Source of the DNA: Anaerolineales bacterium
GTDB lineage: Bacteria > Chloroflexota > Anaerolineae > Anaerolineales > UBA11579
Assembly (NCBI GenBank): GCA_019454165.1
Contig: CP075367.1
Location: forward strand, 67,971 to 131,970
Direction of reading: 5' to 3'
Length of the DNA: 64,000 bases
Shown: positions 8,241-16,185 of the stretch, in pieces
Layout: each line of letters begins with the position of its first letter
How positions within the stretch are numbered: position 1 is the stretch's first letter
Notes under the pieces: model-generated
Told to the model about the DNA's origin: nothing
Databases searched by the model: none
The model's input: only the letters and a program-made list of their open reading frames with translations
Translations under genes and position numbers: made by a program

Positions 8241-9247
8241 TAAGCCTGGTATCGCTGGCGGATATTGGGCACCAGGTACTCATCAAAACAGCGCTTGAGG
8301 TCATACTCCGGCGCCCAGCCCCAGTCGGCCCGCGCCGCGCTGTCATCGATCCCCATCGGCCAGCTGTCTACGATGCCCTGGCGCTTCGCATCCGGCGCAA
8401 AGCTGATCTGCGCCTGCGGGAACGCCGCCAGCACCTGTTGTCGAAACTCCTCGGCAGACAAACTAAAACTGTTCACGTTATACGCCGTGCGGCTAAGCGC
8501 CTGGCGCGGCGCCGCGGCCAGGGTCAGCATCGCCTTGACTCCGTCCGGCATCGCCATGAACGCGATCGTGGTATCCGGCCGCACGAAGCACGCATACGGC
8601 TTGTCCTGCGCCGCCGCATGCAGCATCTCCGGCCCATAGTCGCTCGTGCCGCCCGTCGGCAGCGTGAACGCGCTGATCAAGCCCGGAAAGCGCAACGCCC
8701 GGAAGTCCAGCAGCGCCGCCGGCGCATCGCCCAGCTGCTTGTACCGGCGCGAGTAGTACGCGCCCAGCAGTTCCACCGCCAACTTGTTGGCGCCGTACAC
8801 CGTATCCGGGTGCAGCCATTCGTCTTCCTTCACGCGCGGGTTGGCCGCCTTCGTTTCCAGGTCCGGCATGCCGTAGATCGCCTTGGAGCTGGGGAAAATG
8901 AACTTGACCGCCACCCCCCGCGCCGCAGACTGGGCCGCGGCCAGCTCTAAAAGCAAAACGCTGGCATCCACGTTCACCTCGTGGGCCAGCGCCGGGGAAT
9001 GCTCCGCTCGCGTGGAGAGCAAAGCCGCCAGATGATAGATAGTGTCAAAGGTGTACTCGGCCCCCAAACGCTCGATCAGCGCCTTGTCCGTGATGCTGCC
9101 GGTCACATGCGTGGTTTCGCCGGCCAGCTCCTCCGGCATGGCGGCCAGATCCAAAGTGACGATGCGGGCATTGCCAGCCAGTTCGCGCACCAAAGCCTGG
9201 CCAATTTCGCCGGCTGCGCCAGTGATTAAAACAACGGGTTTGCTCAT
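8240..9247 (-). CDS. NAD-dependent epimerase/dehydratase-family protein, L-threonine 3-dehydrogenase-like
   Basis: VLITGAAGEIGQAL Rossmann motif, YGANK (YxxxK), and C-terminal QGIVDSWPMGIDDSAARADWGW resembling extended-SDR threonine dehydrogenases. Start at MSKPVVLITG (ATG 9245-9247). Confidence 0.65.
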   Translation of the reverse strand: MSKPVVLITGAAGEIGQALVRELAGNARIVTLDLAAMPEELAGETTHVTGSITDKALIERLGAEYTFDTIYHLAALLSTRAEHSPALAHEVNVDASVLLLELAAAQSAARGVAVKFIFPSSKAIYGMPDLETKAANPRVKEDEWLHPDTVYGANKLAVELLGAYYSRRYKQLGDAPAALLDFRALRFPGLISAFTLPTGGTSDYGPEMLHAAAQDKPYACFVRPDTTIAFMAMPDGVKAMLTLAAAPRQALSRTAYNVNSFSLSAEEFRQQVLAAFPQAQISFAPDAKRQGIVDSWPMGIDDSAARADWGWAPEYDLKRCFDEYLVPNIRQRYQA

Positions 9248-9339
9248 GGGCCTCTTTCGGGGGCTAAGTGGCAGTCGCCGCTCAGGGCTGATTATAAAAC
9301 AATGCCCCCAGCCGCCCCATTTGCCGCCTTCATTTTCAC

Positions 9340-9369
9340 TTGACGCAGAACGCCTGTTCATGTTATTCT
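9340..9369 (+). promoter_or_regulatory. lexA promoter (TTGACG ... TATTCT)
   Basis: TTGACG at 9340-9345 and a -10-like TATTCT at 9364-9369. The operator lies in the spacer. Confidence 0.55.
9348..9359. promoter_or_regulatory. LexA operator (Cheo-type SOS box GAAC-N4-GTTC)
   Basis: Exact GAACGCCTGTTC palindrome, 59 nt upstream of the lexA ATG. Confidence 0.75.
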
Positions 9370-9417
9370 GGCATAGCACAAATGACCTAAGATCAGGCCA
9401 GGTGCAGGAGCAGGCAT

Positions 9418-10119
9418 ATGATGATGGCTAAAAGACGCAAAGGCTTGAGCGAGCGCCACAAGAAGATCCTCGACTTGCTTGAGCGCTATCAGGACGAGAA
9501 CGGCTACCCGCCCTCCATCCGTGAGATCGGCAAGCAGACCGGCATCTCTTCCACCTCCGTGGTGAATTACTACCTCAACCAGTTGGAAGAAGAAGGCTAC
9601 ATCGAGCGTGACCGCAAGATCTCGCGCGGCGTGCGCCTGGTCAAGGGCGTCACCGCCGCCGCCAACGCGGTGCGTGAAGCCATCGAAGAGCTCATCAAGG
9701 TGCCCGTGGTCGGCCGCATCGTCGCCGGCTCCCCCATGCCTGTCCCCGGCTCCGATTTCGCCTACTACGATCAGGACAGCGGTGTAGAGATCGCCCGCAG
9801 CCTGCTCGCCCCCGGTGACAAAGAAGAAGACCTCTTCGCCCTCGAAGTCCAGGGTGACTCGATGGTGGATGCCATGGTCAACGATGGCGACATCGTCGTC
9901 ATGAAGAAGGCCCAGGACGCCCGCAACGGTGAAATGGTCGCCGTCTGGCTGACCGACCGTGACGAGACCACCCTCAAATACTTCTACAAAGAGAACGGCG
10001 GCATCCGCCTGCAGCCTGCCAACCCCACCATGCAACCCATCTTTGTCGATAACCCGCGCGCCGTCCAGGTGCAGGGCAAAGTGGTCATGGTCATCCGCCA
10101 GATGGGCGCTCCCAACTAG
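9418..10119 (+). CDS. lexA: LexA repressor
   Basis: N-terminal wHTH YPPSIREIGKQTGISSTSVVNYYLNQLEEEGYIER, cleavage-site region VVGRIVAGSP, and S24 peptidase core VQGDSMVDA...NGEMVAV. Confidence 0.93.
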   Translation: MMMAKRRKGLSERHKKILDLLERYQDENGYPPSIREIGKQTGISSTSVVNYYLNQLEEEGYIERDRKISRGVRLVKGVTAAANAVREAIEELIKVPVVGRIVAGSPMPVPGSDFAYYDQDSGVEIARSLLAPGDKEEDLFALEVQGDSMVDAMVNDGDIVVMKKAQDARNGEMVAVWLTDRDETTLKYFYKENGGIRLQPANPTMQPIFVDNPRAVQVQGKVVMVIRQMGAPN

Positions 10120-10141
10120 CACAACTCTATCCATAAAAAAA

Positions 10142-10166
10142 GTCGCTCAAGTTGAGCGGCTTTTTT
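10142..10166 (+). terminator. Rho-independent terminator after lexA
   Basis: GTCGCTC-AAGTT-GAGCGGC stem-loop followed by T6. It is preceded by an A-run, so it may work in both directions. Confidence 0.6.
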
Positions 10167-10244
10167 GTTGGTCAGGTGCTGACGAATTCTCATCGATGGA
10201 TTTTCATCATCGCATCTATTCGTCTTGCGCTTAGAATACGGCCC

Positions 10245-11210
10245 ATGCCGACCCCAAGCCAAGAACGCATCTTCGTCACCCTCCTGCGCGAGATCGCCGC
10301 AGAGCAAGGCTACACCCTGACCTCCTTCTCGCAAGACTGGATCTTGCGCTTCGAAAAAGCGGGCCAGGCGCGCCATACCTTTGGTTTTAACTTTGAGATC
10401 AATTCCACCACCGCCTACATGCTGGCGGGCGATAAAGCCGCCGTGGCCGCCGTGCTGCAACACCAGGCCGTCCCCCACATTGAACACCGCTTCTTCATCA
10501 ACCCGAACCGCAGCACCTATGTGCCAGAGACTGGCCACTGGCCCGCCATCCTGGCTTACGCGCAGGAGCAAAACTACAACCTGGTCGCCAAGCCTAACGA
10601 GGGCACCGGCGGCCTGGGTGTGGTACGCGTCACCAACCAAGCCCAGCTTGAAAAAGCCGTCCTGAGCATTTTCCAAAAAGGCCAGTCGCTCAGCCTCTCG
10701 CCCTATTACGACATCCACAACGAGTACCGCCTCATCATGCTCGACGGCGAGTGCCAGCTGGCCTACGCCAAACAGCGCCCGCAGGTCAGCGGAGACGCAA
10801 CCGCCGGCCTGCGCGTCCTGATCGAGCGCCAGCTGCTGGCTGGCGCTATCACGCAGGCCCAGGCCGCCGAAGCGCTGGAGCAGCACCGCGACCGGCTTGA
10901 CGAGGTGCTGCCCGCCGGCCAGACCCTTACCATCAGTTGGAAACACAACCTCGGCGCCGGCTCGGCCCCCCAACTCCTCGATACCAACCCCCTGCTCGAG
11001 CATCTGTTGCCGCTCGCCATCGCCGCCCAGCAAGCCATCAACATTCGCTTCGCCTCGATCGACATCGTGGAGATCGAAGGCAGTCTGCGCGTGCTCGAGG
11101 TCAATTCGGGCATCATGATGGAGCATTTCGTCCAGCACCAGCCCCAGCACCGTGACACGGCCAAGGCCATCTACGCCCGCGCCCTCGAAAAGATGTTCGC
11201 CTCGCGCTGA
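10245..11210 (+). CDS. ATP-grasp domain protein (RimK/D-Ala-D-Ala ligase-like), function unknown
   Basis: LVAKPNEGTGGLGVVRV, EYRLIMLDGE and FASIDIVE...LEVNSG resemble ATP-grasp B and C subdomains. Start at MPTPSQ (ATG 10245). Confidence 0.65.
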   Translation: MPTPSQERIFVTLLREIAAEQGYTLTSFSQDWILRFEKAGQARHTFGFNFEINSTTAYMLAGDKAAVAAVLQHQAVPHIEHRFFINPNRSTYVPETGHWPAILAYAQEQNYNLVAKPNEGTGGLGVVRVTNQAQLEKAVLSIFQKGQSLSLSPYYDIHNEYRLIMLDGECQLAYAKQRPQVSGDATAGLRVLIERQLLAGAITQAQAAEALEQHRDRLDEVLPAGQTLTISWKHNLGAGSAPQLLDTNPLLEHLLPLAIAAQQAINIRFASIDIVEIEGSLRVLEVNSGIMMEHFVQHQPQHRDTAKAIYARALEKMFASR

Positions 11211-11222
11211 TAAAATCCTTGC

Positions 11223-11873
11223 GTGCCCGCGCGCGTTGCCATCCCCCGCTCCAAGCGCACCTTTGACCTACTTCTGACCCTGCTGGCGCTGCCGCTCCTG
11301 CTGCCGCTGGTGCTGCTCATCGGCCTGCTGGTGCGTATCTTCCTGGGCCGGCCCGTCCTGTTCCGCCAGCCGCGCCCAGGCATCGGCGGCCTGCCCTTCA
11401 TGCTCTACAAGTTCCGCACCATGCAGGACGCCCTGGGGCCAGACGGCCAGCCCCTGCCGGATGCCCAGCGCCTCACCGGCTTCGGCCGCCTGCTGCGCGC
11501 CAGCAGCCTTGACGAGCTGCCCGAACTCTGGAACGTGCTGCGCGGCGAGATGAGCCTGGTAGGCCCGCGCCCCCTCCTCATGAGATATCTCGACCGTTAC
11601 ACGCCCCAGCAGTTCCGCCGCCACCTCACCCTACCCGGCATGACCGGCTGGGCTCAGATCAACGGCCGCAACAACGTCTCGTGGGAAGACAAGTTCGCCC
11701 TGGATGTCTGGTACGTCGATAACTGGTCGCTGTGGCTCGACCTCAAGATCCTGCTGCTTACTCCGCTCAAAGTCCTGCGCCGCGAGGGTATCAACCAACC
11801 CGGCAACGCCACCGCCATGGAATTCATGGGCAGCACCCCGCCAAGCCCGGGCGAAAAAGGCCGCCCGTTATAA
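11223..11873 (+). CDS. Polyprenyl-phosphate sugar-phosphate transferase (small PglC/WbaP-C-type 'bacterial sugar transferase')
   Basis: KRTFDLLLTLLALPLLLPLVLLIGLLV re-entrant helix, then YKFRTM and DELPELWNVLRGEMSLVGPRP. Confidence 0.88.
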   Translation: MPARVAIPRSKRTFDLLLTLLALPLLLPLVLLIGLLVRIFLGRPVLFRQPRPGIGGLPFMLYKFRTMQDALGPDGQPLPDAQRLTGFGRLLRASSLDELPELWNVLRGEMSLVGPRPLLMRYLDRYTPQQFRRHLTLPGMTGWAQINGRNNVSWEDKFALDVWYVDNWSLWLDLKILLLTPLKVLRREGINQPGNATAMEFMGSTPPSPGEKGRPL

Positions 11874-11881
11874 TCCGCGCC

Positions 11882-12793
11882 ATGTCAGACGATGCCGCGC
11901 TGTACACCCAGCTCGCCACCATCCGCCGTTTTGAAGAAACCGTGCTGGATGCGTTCCCCAAAGGCGCCTTCTACGGCACCACCCACACCTACATCGGGCA
12001 GGAGGCCAATGCCGCCGGCGTCCTCGCTCACCTGCACGATAGCGATCTGGTCTTCAGCAACCACCGCTGCCACGGCCACTTCCTGGCCTATGGCGGCGAT
12101 GCGCGTGCCCTCTTCGCCGAACTGATGGGCAAAGCCACCGGCGTATGCGGCGGCATCGGCGGCTCGCAGCATCTGCACTGGAAGAATTTCTATTCCAACG
12201 GAGTCCTCGGCAGCACCGCCCCTATCGCGGTTGGCGCCGCCCTTGCGGAGAAGCGCAAGGGCAGCCAGGCCGTGACCGTGCTCTTCCTCGGCGACGGCGC
12301 TATGGGCGAGGGTGTGGTCTACGAGAGCCTAAACATCGCCTCGCTGTGGGGTGCGCCGATCCTCTTCGTCGTCGAGAACAATCACATCGCCCAAACCACG
12401 CCCACTGAGCTGGCGATGGCTGGCAGCCTGGCGGGCCGCTTCGCCGCCTTTAACATCCCCGCCGTCGAGCTCGACAGCAGCGACGCCCGCCAGATCTACG
12501 ACATTGCCGCGCAAGAGTTTGCCCAAGTGCGCAGCACACCCGGCCCGCGCGCCTTGATCCTGCACACCGCCCGCTTTGGCCCGCACTCCAAGGGCGACGA
12601 TACGCGCGACCCTGCCTTCATCGAGGAATTGCGCGCCATGCGTGACCCGCTCACCATCCACGGCGACCGCCTGGAAAATGGCCAACGCGCAGCCATCGAA
12701 GCCGAGGTGGATTCCGCCATCGCCGCGGCCTACGCCCAAGCCGAAGCCGATCCTCTGCCAGAGCACGCTGCCCATGTAAAGTCCGGCCATTAA
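11882..12793 (+). CDS. TPP-dependent 2-oxoacid dehydrogenase E1 component, alpha subunit
   Basis: TPP-binding motif LGDGAMGEGVVYESLNIASLWGAPILFVVENNHIAQ. Start at MSDDAALYTQL (ATG 11882). Confidence 0.88.
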   Translation: MSDDAALYTQLATIRRFEETVLDAFPKGAFYGTTHTYIGQEANAAGVLAHLHDSDLVFSNHRCHGHFLAYGGDARALFAELMGKATGVCGGIGGSQHLHWKNFYSNGVLGSTAPIAVGAALAEKRKGSQAVTVLFLGDGAMGEGVVYESLNIASLWGAPILFVVENNHIAQTTPTELAMAGSLAGRFAAFNIPAVELDSSDARQIYDIAAQEFAQVRSTPGPRALILHTARFGPHSKGDDTRDPAFIEELRAMRDPLTIHGDRLENGQRAAIEAEVDSAIAAAYAQAEADPLPEHAAHVKSGH

Positions 12794-12842
12794 TGACCTC
12801 CCTGCTCACTCCTCACTCCTCGCTCCTCACTGGTCTTTATTC

Positions 12843-13859
12843 ATGACCAGCGTGCTCGAATCACTCAACCAGGGGCTGCATGCTGCCTTCGCGCAGGATG
12901 CCCGCGTCTACCTCATCGGCGAAGACCTGCTCGATCCGTACGGAGGCGCCTTCAAGGTCAGCCGCAACCTCTCCACCCAGTACCCTGACCGCGTCTGGAC
13001 CAGCCCCGTGTCCGAAGCCGCCATTGCCGGCGTAGGCGCCGGCATGGCGTTGCGCGGCCTGCGCCCCGTCGTGGAGTTGATGTTCGGTGACTTCAGCACC
13101 CTGGTGGCCGACCAGCTCATCAACAGCATCACCAAGTTCCCCGCCATGTACAACGGCGCCGCCCAGGTGCCGGTCGTGATCCGTACGCCCATGGGCGGGC
13201 GCCGCGGCTATGGCCCCACCCACAGCCAAACGCTGGAGAAGCTCTATCTCGGCGTGCCCGGCTTGCGCGTCCTCGCCCCCAACACCCTGAGCGATCCTGG
13301 CGACTTGCTGCGCCGCGCCATCCTGGAACAGAACGACCCGGTCCTCTTTGTCGAGAACAAGGTTCTCTACCCCAAACAGGTTTTGGATAACGCCGCCCTG
13401 GCCGATTTCGAGATCGAGGCCAGCACGCAAGACTTTGCGCCCACCCATACACTGCGTCTCAAAGGCGCGCCGCGCCCCGCGCTCACCCTGACCGCCTACG
13501 GCTACATGGCCGAGCTGGCCCGCGAGGCCCTGACCCGCCTGGCCTTCGAGCACGAGATCTTTTGCGAACTGGTCGTCCCCACCCAGCTCGCGCCGCTGCC
13601 GGCTGACGGCGGGCTGCAGCTCGCCCTGCAAGCCTCGCTGCAGCACAGCAGGCGCCTGCTCACCATCGAGGAAGGCACCTACTCGCTGGGCTGGGGCGCC
13701 GAGCAGCTCGCCCGCGCCGCCCAGCACTTCGGCGGCCGCCTGCAGGCCGCCCGCCGCGTGGCCGCCGCCGAGGCGCCCATCCCGGCCGCCCGCAACCTTG
13801 AAGATGCCGCCCTGCCCGCGCTCGAAGACATCATCTCCGCCGCGCGGGAAATGGTATAA
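12843..13859 (+). CDS. 2-oxoacid dehydrogenase E1 component, beta subunit
   Basis: GEDLLDPYGGAFKVS, SEAAIAGVGAGMALRGLRPVVELMFGDF and a transketolase-C-like tail. Confidence 0.9.
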   Translation: MTSVLESLNQGLHAAFAQDARVYLIGEDLLDPYGGAFKVSRNLSTQYPDRVWTSPVSEAAIAGVGAGMALRGLRPVVELMFGDFSTLVADQLINSITKFPAMYNGAAQVPVVIRTPMGGRRGYGPTHSQTLEKLYLGVPGLRVLAPNTLSDPGDLLRRAILEQNDPVLFVENKVLYPKQVLDNAALADFEIEASTQDFAPTHTLRLKGAPRPALTLTAYGYMAELAREALTRLAFEHEIFCELVVPTQLAPLPADGGLQLALQASLQHSRRLLTIEEGTYSLGWGAEQLARAAQHFGGRLQAARRVAAAEAPIPAARNLEDAALPALEDIISAAREMV

Positions 13860-13866
13860 AGCCTTG

Positions 13867-14961
13867 ATGGCTGAAACCACCGCGCAGGCCGTTCACGTCC
13901 CGCTCATCAATCCCAACGAAACCGAAGCTCGCCTGGTGAGTTTGCCTGTTTCAAATGGCGATAAAGTCGCCAAAGGCGATACCCTGGCCACGCTGGAAAC
14001 CACCAAGTCGACCTTTGAGCTGCTTTCGGATGCGGATGGCTTTGTAGCCGGCCTGCAAGCCAAACAGGGCGATATGCTGCCCGCCGGGCAGGTGTTCCTG
14101 TACCTGGCCCCCAGCAAAGAATGGCAAGCTCCCCAAAAACAATCCGAAATTGAATCGGGCGTCCCCGATGGTCTGCGCATTACCCAGCCTGCCCTGCAAC
14201 TGGCCGAAAAACGCGGCATCGCCCTGGCCGCATTGCCCATCGGCCCCATCATCACTGAAGACTACATCGCCAAACTCGCTCCCAAAGCTGGCGAAGCCTC
14301 CTTTGCGATCCCAGACGCCGCCAGCCTGCCCAACTCCGTCATCGTCTACGGCGGCGGCGGCCACGGCAAAGCCGTGATCGATCTGCTGCGTGCCGCTGGC
14401 GGCTACACCCTGGCTGGCGTGGTGGATGACAGCCGCCAGCCGGGCGACCGCGTGCTGGATGCGGCCGTCATCGGCGGCGAAGCCGCACTGGCCGCCTTGC
14501 ACGCCGCCGGCTGCACCCGTGCGCTCAATGCCGTCGGCGGCATCGGCGCCATGAGTACCCGCATCACCGTATTCGACCGCCTGGAAGCCGCCGGCTTCGA
14601 GCTGCCCACGCTCGTTCACCCGAGCGCCGTCGTGGAACCCAGCGCCCAGCTCGGCCCCGGCGTGCAGGTCTTCCCGCACGCCTACATCGGCTCGGATGCA
14701 CGCATCGGCAAAGGCGTCATCGTCAACACCGGCGCCATCGTCTCGCATGATTGCGTGCTGGAAGACTACGTCAACCTGGCCCCGGGCAGCATCCTGGCCG
14801 GCAATGTCCAGGTCAGCCGCGGCACCCTGATCGGCATGGGCGTCACCATCAACCTGAACGTGCACATCGGCAGCCTGGCCCGCATCGGCAACGGCGCCAC
14901 GGTCAAAGACGCCGTCCCCGACGGCGGCGTAGTCCGCGCCGGCACAATCTGGCCGTCTTAA
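13867..14961 (+). CDS. Fusion protein: lipoyl domain, degenerate E1/E3-binding segment, and NeuD/PglD-family hexapeptide acyltransferase
   Basis: Lipoyl-lysine context LATLETTKSTFEL; RITQPALQLAEKRGIALAAL; then VIVYGGGGHGKAVIDLLRAAGGYTLAGVVDD and imperfect hexapeptide repeats (IGKGVIVNTGAIVSHD...VTINLNVHIGSLARIGNGATV). No DHRxxDG E2 catalytic motif. Confidence 0.8.
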   Translation: MAETTAQAVHVPLINPNETEARLVSLPVSNGDKVAKGDTLATLETTKSTFELLSDADGFVAGLQAKQGDMLPAGQVFLYLAPSKEWQAPQKQSEIESGVPDGLRITQPALQLAEKRGIALAALPIGPIITEDYIAKLAPKAGEASFAIPDAASLPNSVIVYGGGGHGKAVIDLLRAAGGYTLAGVVDDSRQPGDRVLDAAVIGGEAALAALHAAGCTRALNAVGGIGAMSTRITVFDRLEAAGFELPTLVHPSAVVEPSAQLGPGVQVFPHAYIGSDARIGKGVIVNTGAIVSHDCVLEDYVNLAPGSILAGNVQVSRGTLIGMGVTINLNVHIGSLARIGNGATVKDAVPDGGVVRAGTIWPS

Positions 14962-15064
14962 ACATCTCAGTATCTTTTTGACAAACTTGCTCTGCTAAGG
15001 GAATTCTGCAAAACACCCCTATTCCAACGCGGGTCACACTGAAGCCCTGCCTGGGCTGCACCAC

Positions 15065-15157
15065 CCAGACTGATCCGTCTGGAGGGGGTTCTGCGCTGCT
15101 GCGCAGCGCTGGGGGAACTAGCAGTTCCCCTAAGCGGGGTCAGGGGCAGAGCCCCTG
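15065..15157. repeat. Run of four short GC-rich hairpins (REP-like)
   Basis: CCAGAC-tgatcc-GTCTGG; GCGCTGC-tgc-GCAGCGC; GGGGAACT-agc-AGTTCCCC; CAGGGGC-aga-GCCCCTG. Confidence 0.6.
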
Positions 15158-15261
15158 AAAAAGAAAATCTTTGTTTCGTGCAATATCTAAAACGCGTCCT
15201 CATCACCGTCGGGAGAGGCAGGCTTTAAAAAGAGATTAGTTTTTTCTGTTACATTTCCCCC

Positions 15262-16170
15262 ATGGCCACCGGCAAACGCAGTTCCAAAAAAGGCACGCGC
15301 AGCCGTGCCTTTGGCTCCTCCAGCCGAGAGAACCACGATGCCAGCGGCTTCTACAACAGCTCGCTCTACGCCAAGCTCCCGGCTGAAAGCAACACCCCCT
15401 ACACCCAAACCGAGCTGCCCGCCGACGCCCGCAACCGCATCTTCGCTCACAGCAGCGAAGACATGCACGAGCTGCCCGACAACAGCGTGCACCTCATGGT
15501 CACCTCACCGCCCTACAACGCCGGCAAGGAATACGACAAAGACCTCGACCTTGAGCAATATCTGGGCATGCTGCGCCGCGTCTGGGCCGAGACCTTGCGC
15601 GTGCTGATGCCCGGCGGCCGCGCCTGCATCAACGTGGCCAACCTGGGCCGCAAGCCCTACATTCCCCTGCACGCCTTCATCATCCACGACATGCTTTCGC
15701 TCGGCTACCTGATGCGCGGCGAGATCATCTGGGATAAGGCCAGCTCGGCCGGCGGCTCCACCGCCTGGGGTTCCTGGCGCAGCGCCAGCAACCCCACCCT
15801 GAGGGATGTGCACGAGTACATCCTCGTCTTCAGCAAGGACCGCTTCGGCCGCCCGGCGCCCAAAGACGCCAACCGCTTCACCAGCGAACGTGATGATTTT
15901 CTGCAGAACACCAAAAGCGTCTGGAGCTTTCCCACCGTCTCCGCCAAAAAGATCGGCCACCCCGCACCCTTTCCGGAGGAGTTGCCGCGCCGCCTGATCG
16001 AGCTCTACACTTTCCCCGGCGAAGTGGTGCTCGATCCCTTCATGGGCAGCGGCACCAGCGCCATAGCTGCGCTCCGTACGGAGCGCAGCTATGTGGGCTA
16101 CGAGATGGATAAGAAATACGCCAAACTGGCCGAAAAGCGCATTGCCAGCTCCACGACTCAAGCCACTTAG
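15262..16170 (+). CDS. DNA methyltransferase (N4-cytosine/N6-adenine, beta-class, pfam01555-like)
   Basis: Motif IV LMVTSPPYNAGKEY precedes motif I VLDPFMGSGTSAIAA. No adjacent endonuclease gene. Confidence 0.85.
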   Translation: MATGKRSSKKGTRSRAFGSSSRENHDASGFYNSSLYAKLPAESNTPYTQTELPADARNRIFAHSSEDMHELPDNSVHLMVTSPPYNAGKEYDKDLDLEQYLGMLRRVWAETLRVLMPGGRACINVANLGRKPYIPLHAFIIHDMLSLGYLMRGEIIWDKASSAGGSTAWGSWRSASNPTLRDVHEYILVFSKDRFGRPAPKDANRFTSERDDFLQNTKSVWSFPTVSAKKIGHPAPFPEELPRRLIELYTFPGEVVLDPFMGSGTSAIAALRTERSYVGYEMDKKYAKLAEKRIASSTTQAT

Positions 16171-16185
16171 CAGTACACTTTCCCC

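Noticed and set aside
8240-9379. Longer 379-aa version of the epimerase/dehydrogenase ORF. Likewise N-terminally extended versions of recN, pnp, holA, maf, the gpgS fusion, the ATP-grasp gene, E1 alpha and the NeuD fusion.
   Set aside because: The extensions are Arg/Pro/Gly-rich, overlap upstream genes or terminators, and precede internal ATGs. Those ATGs have better SDs or stop-start coupling and give canonical N-termini such as MSKPVVLITGAAG.
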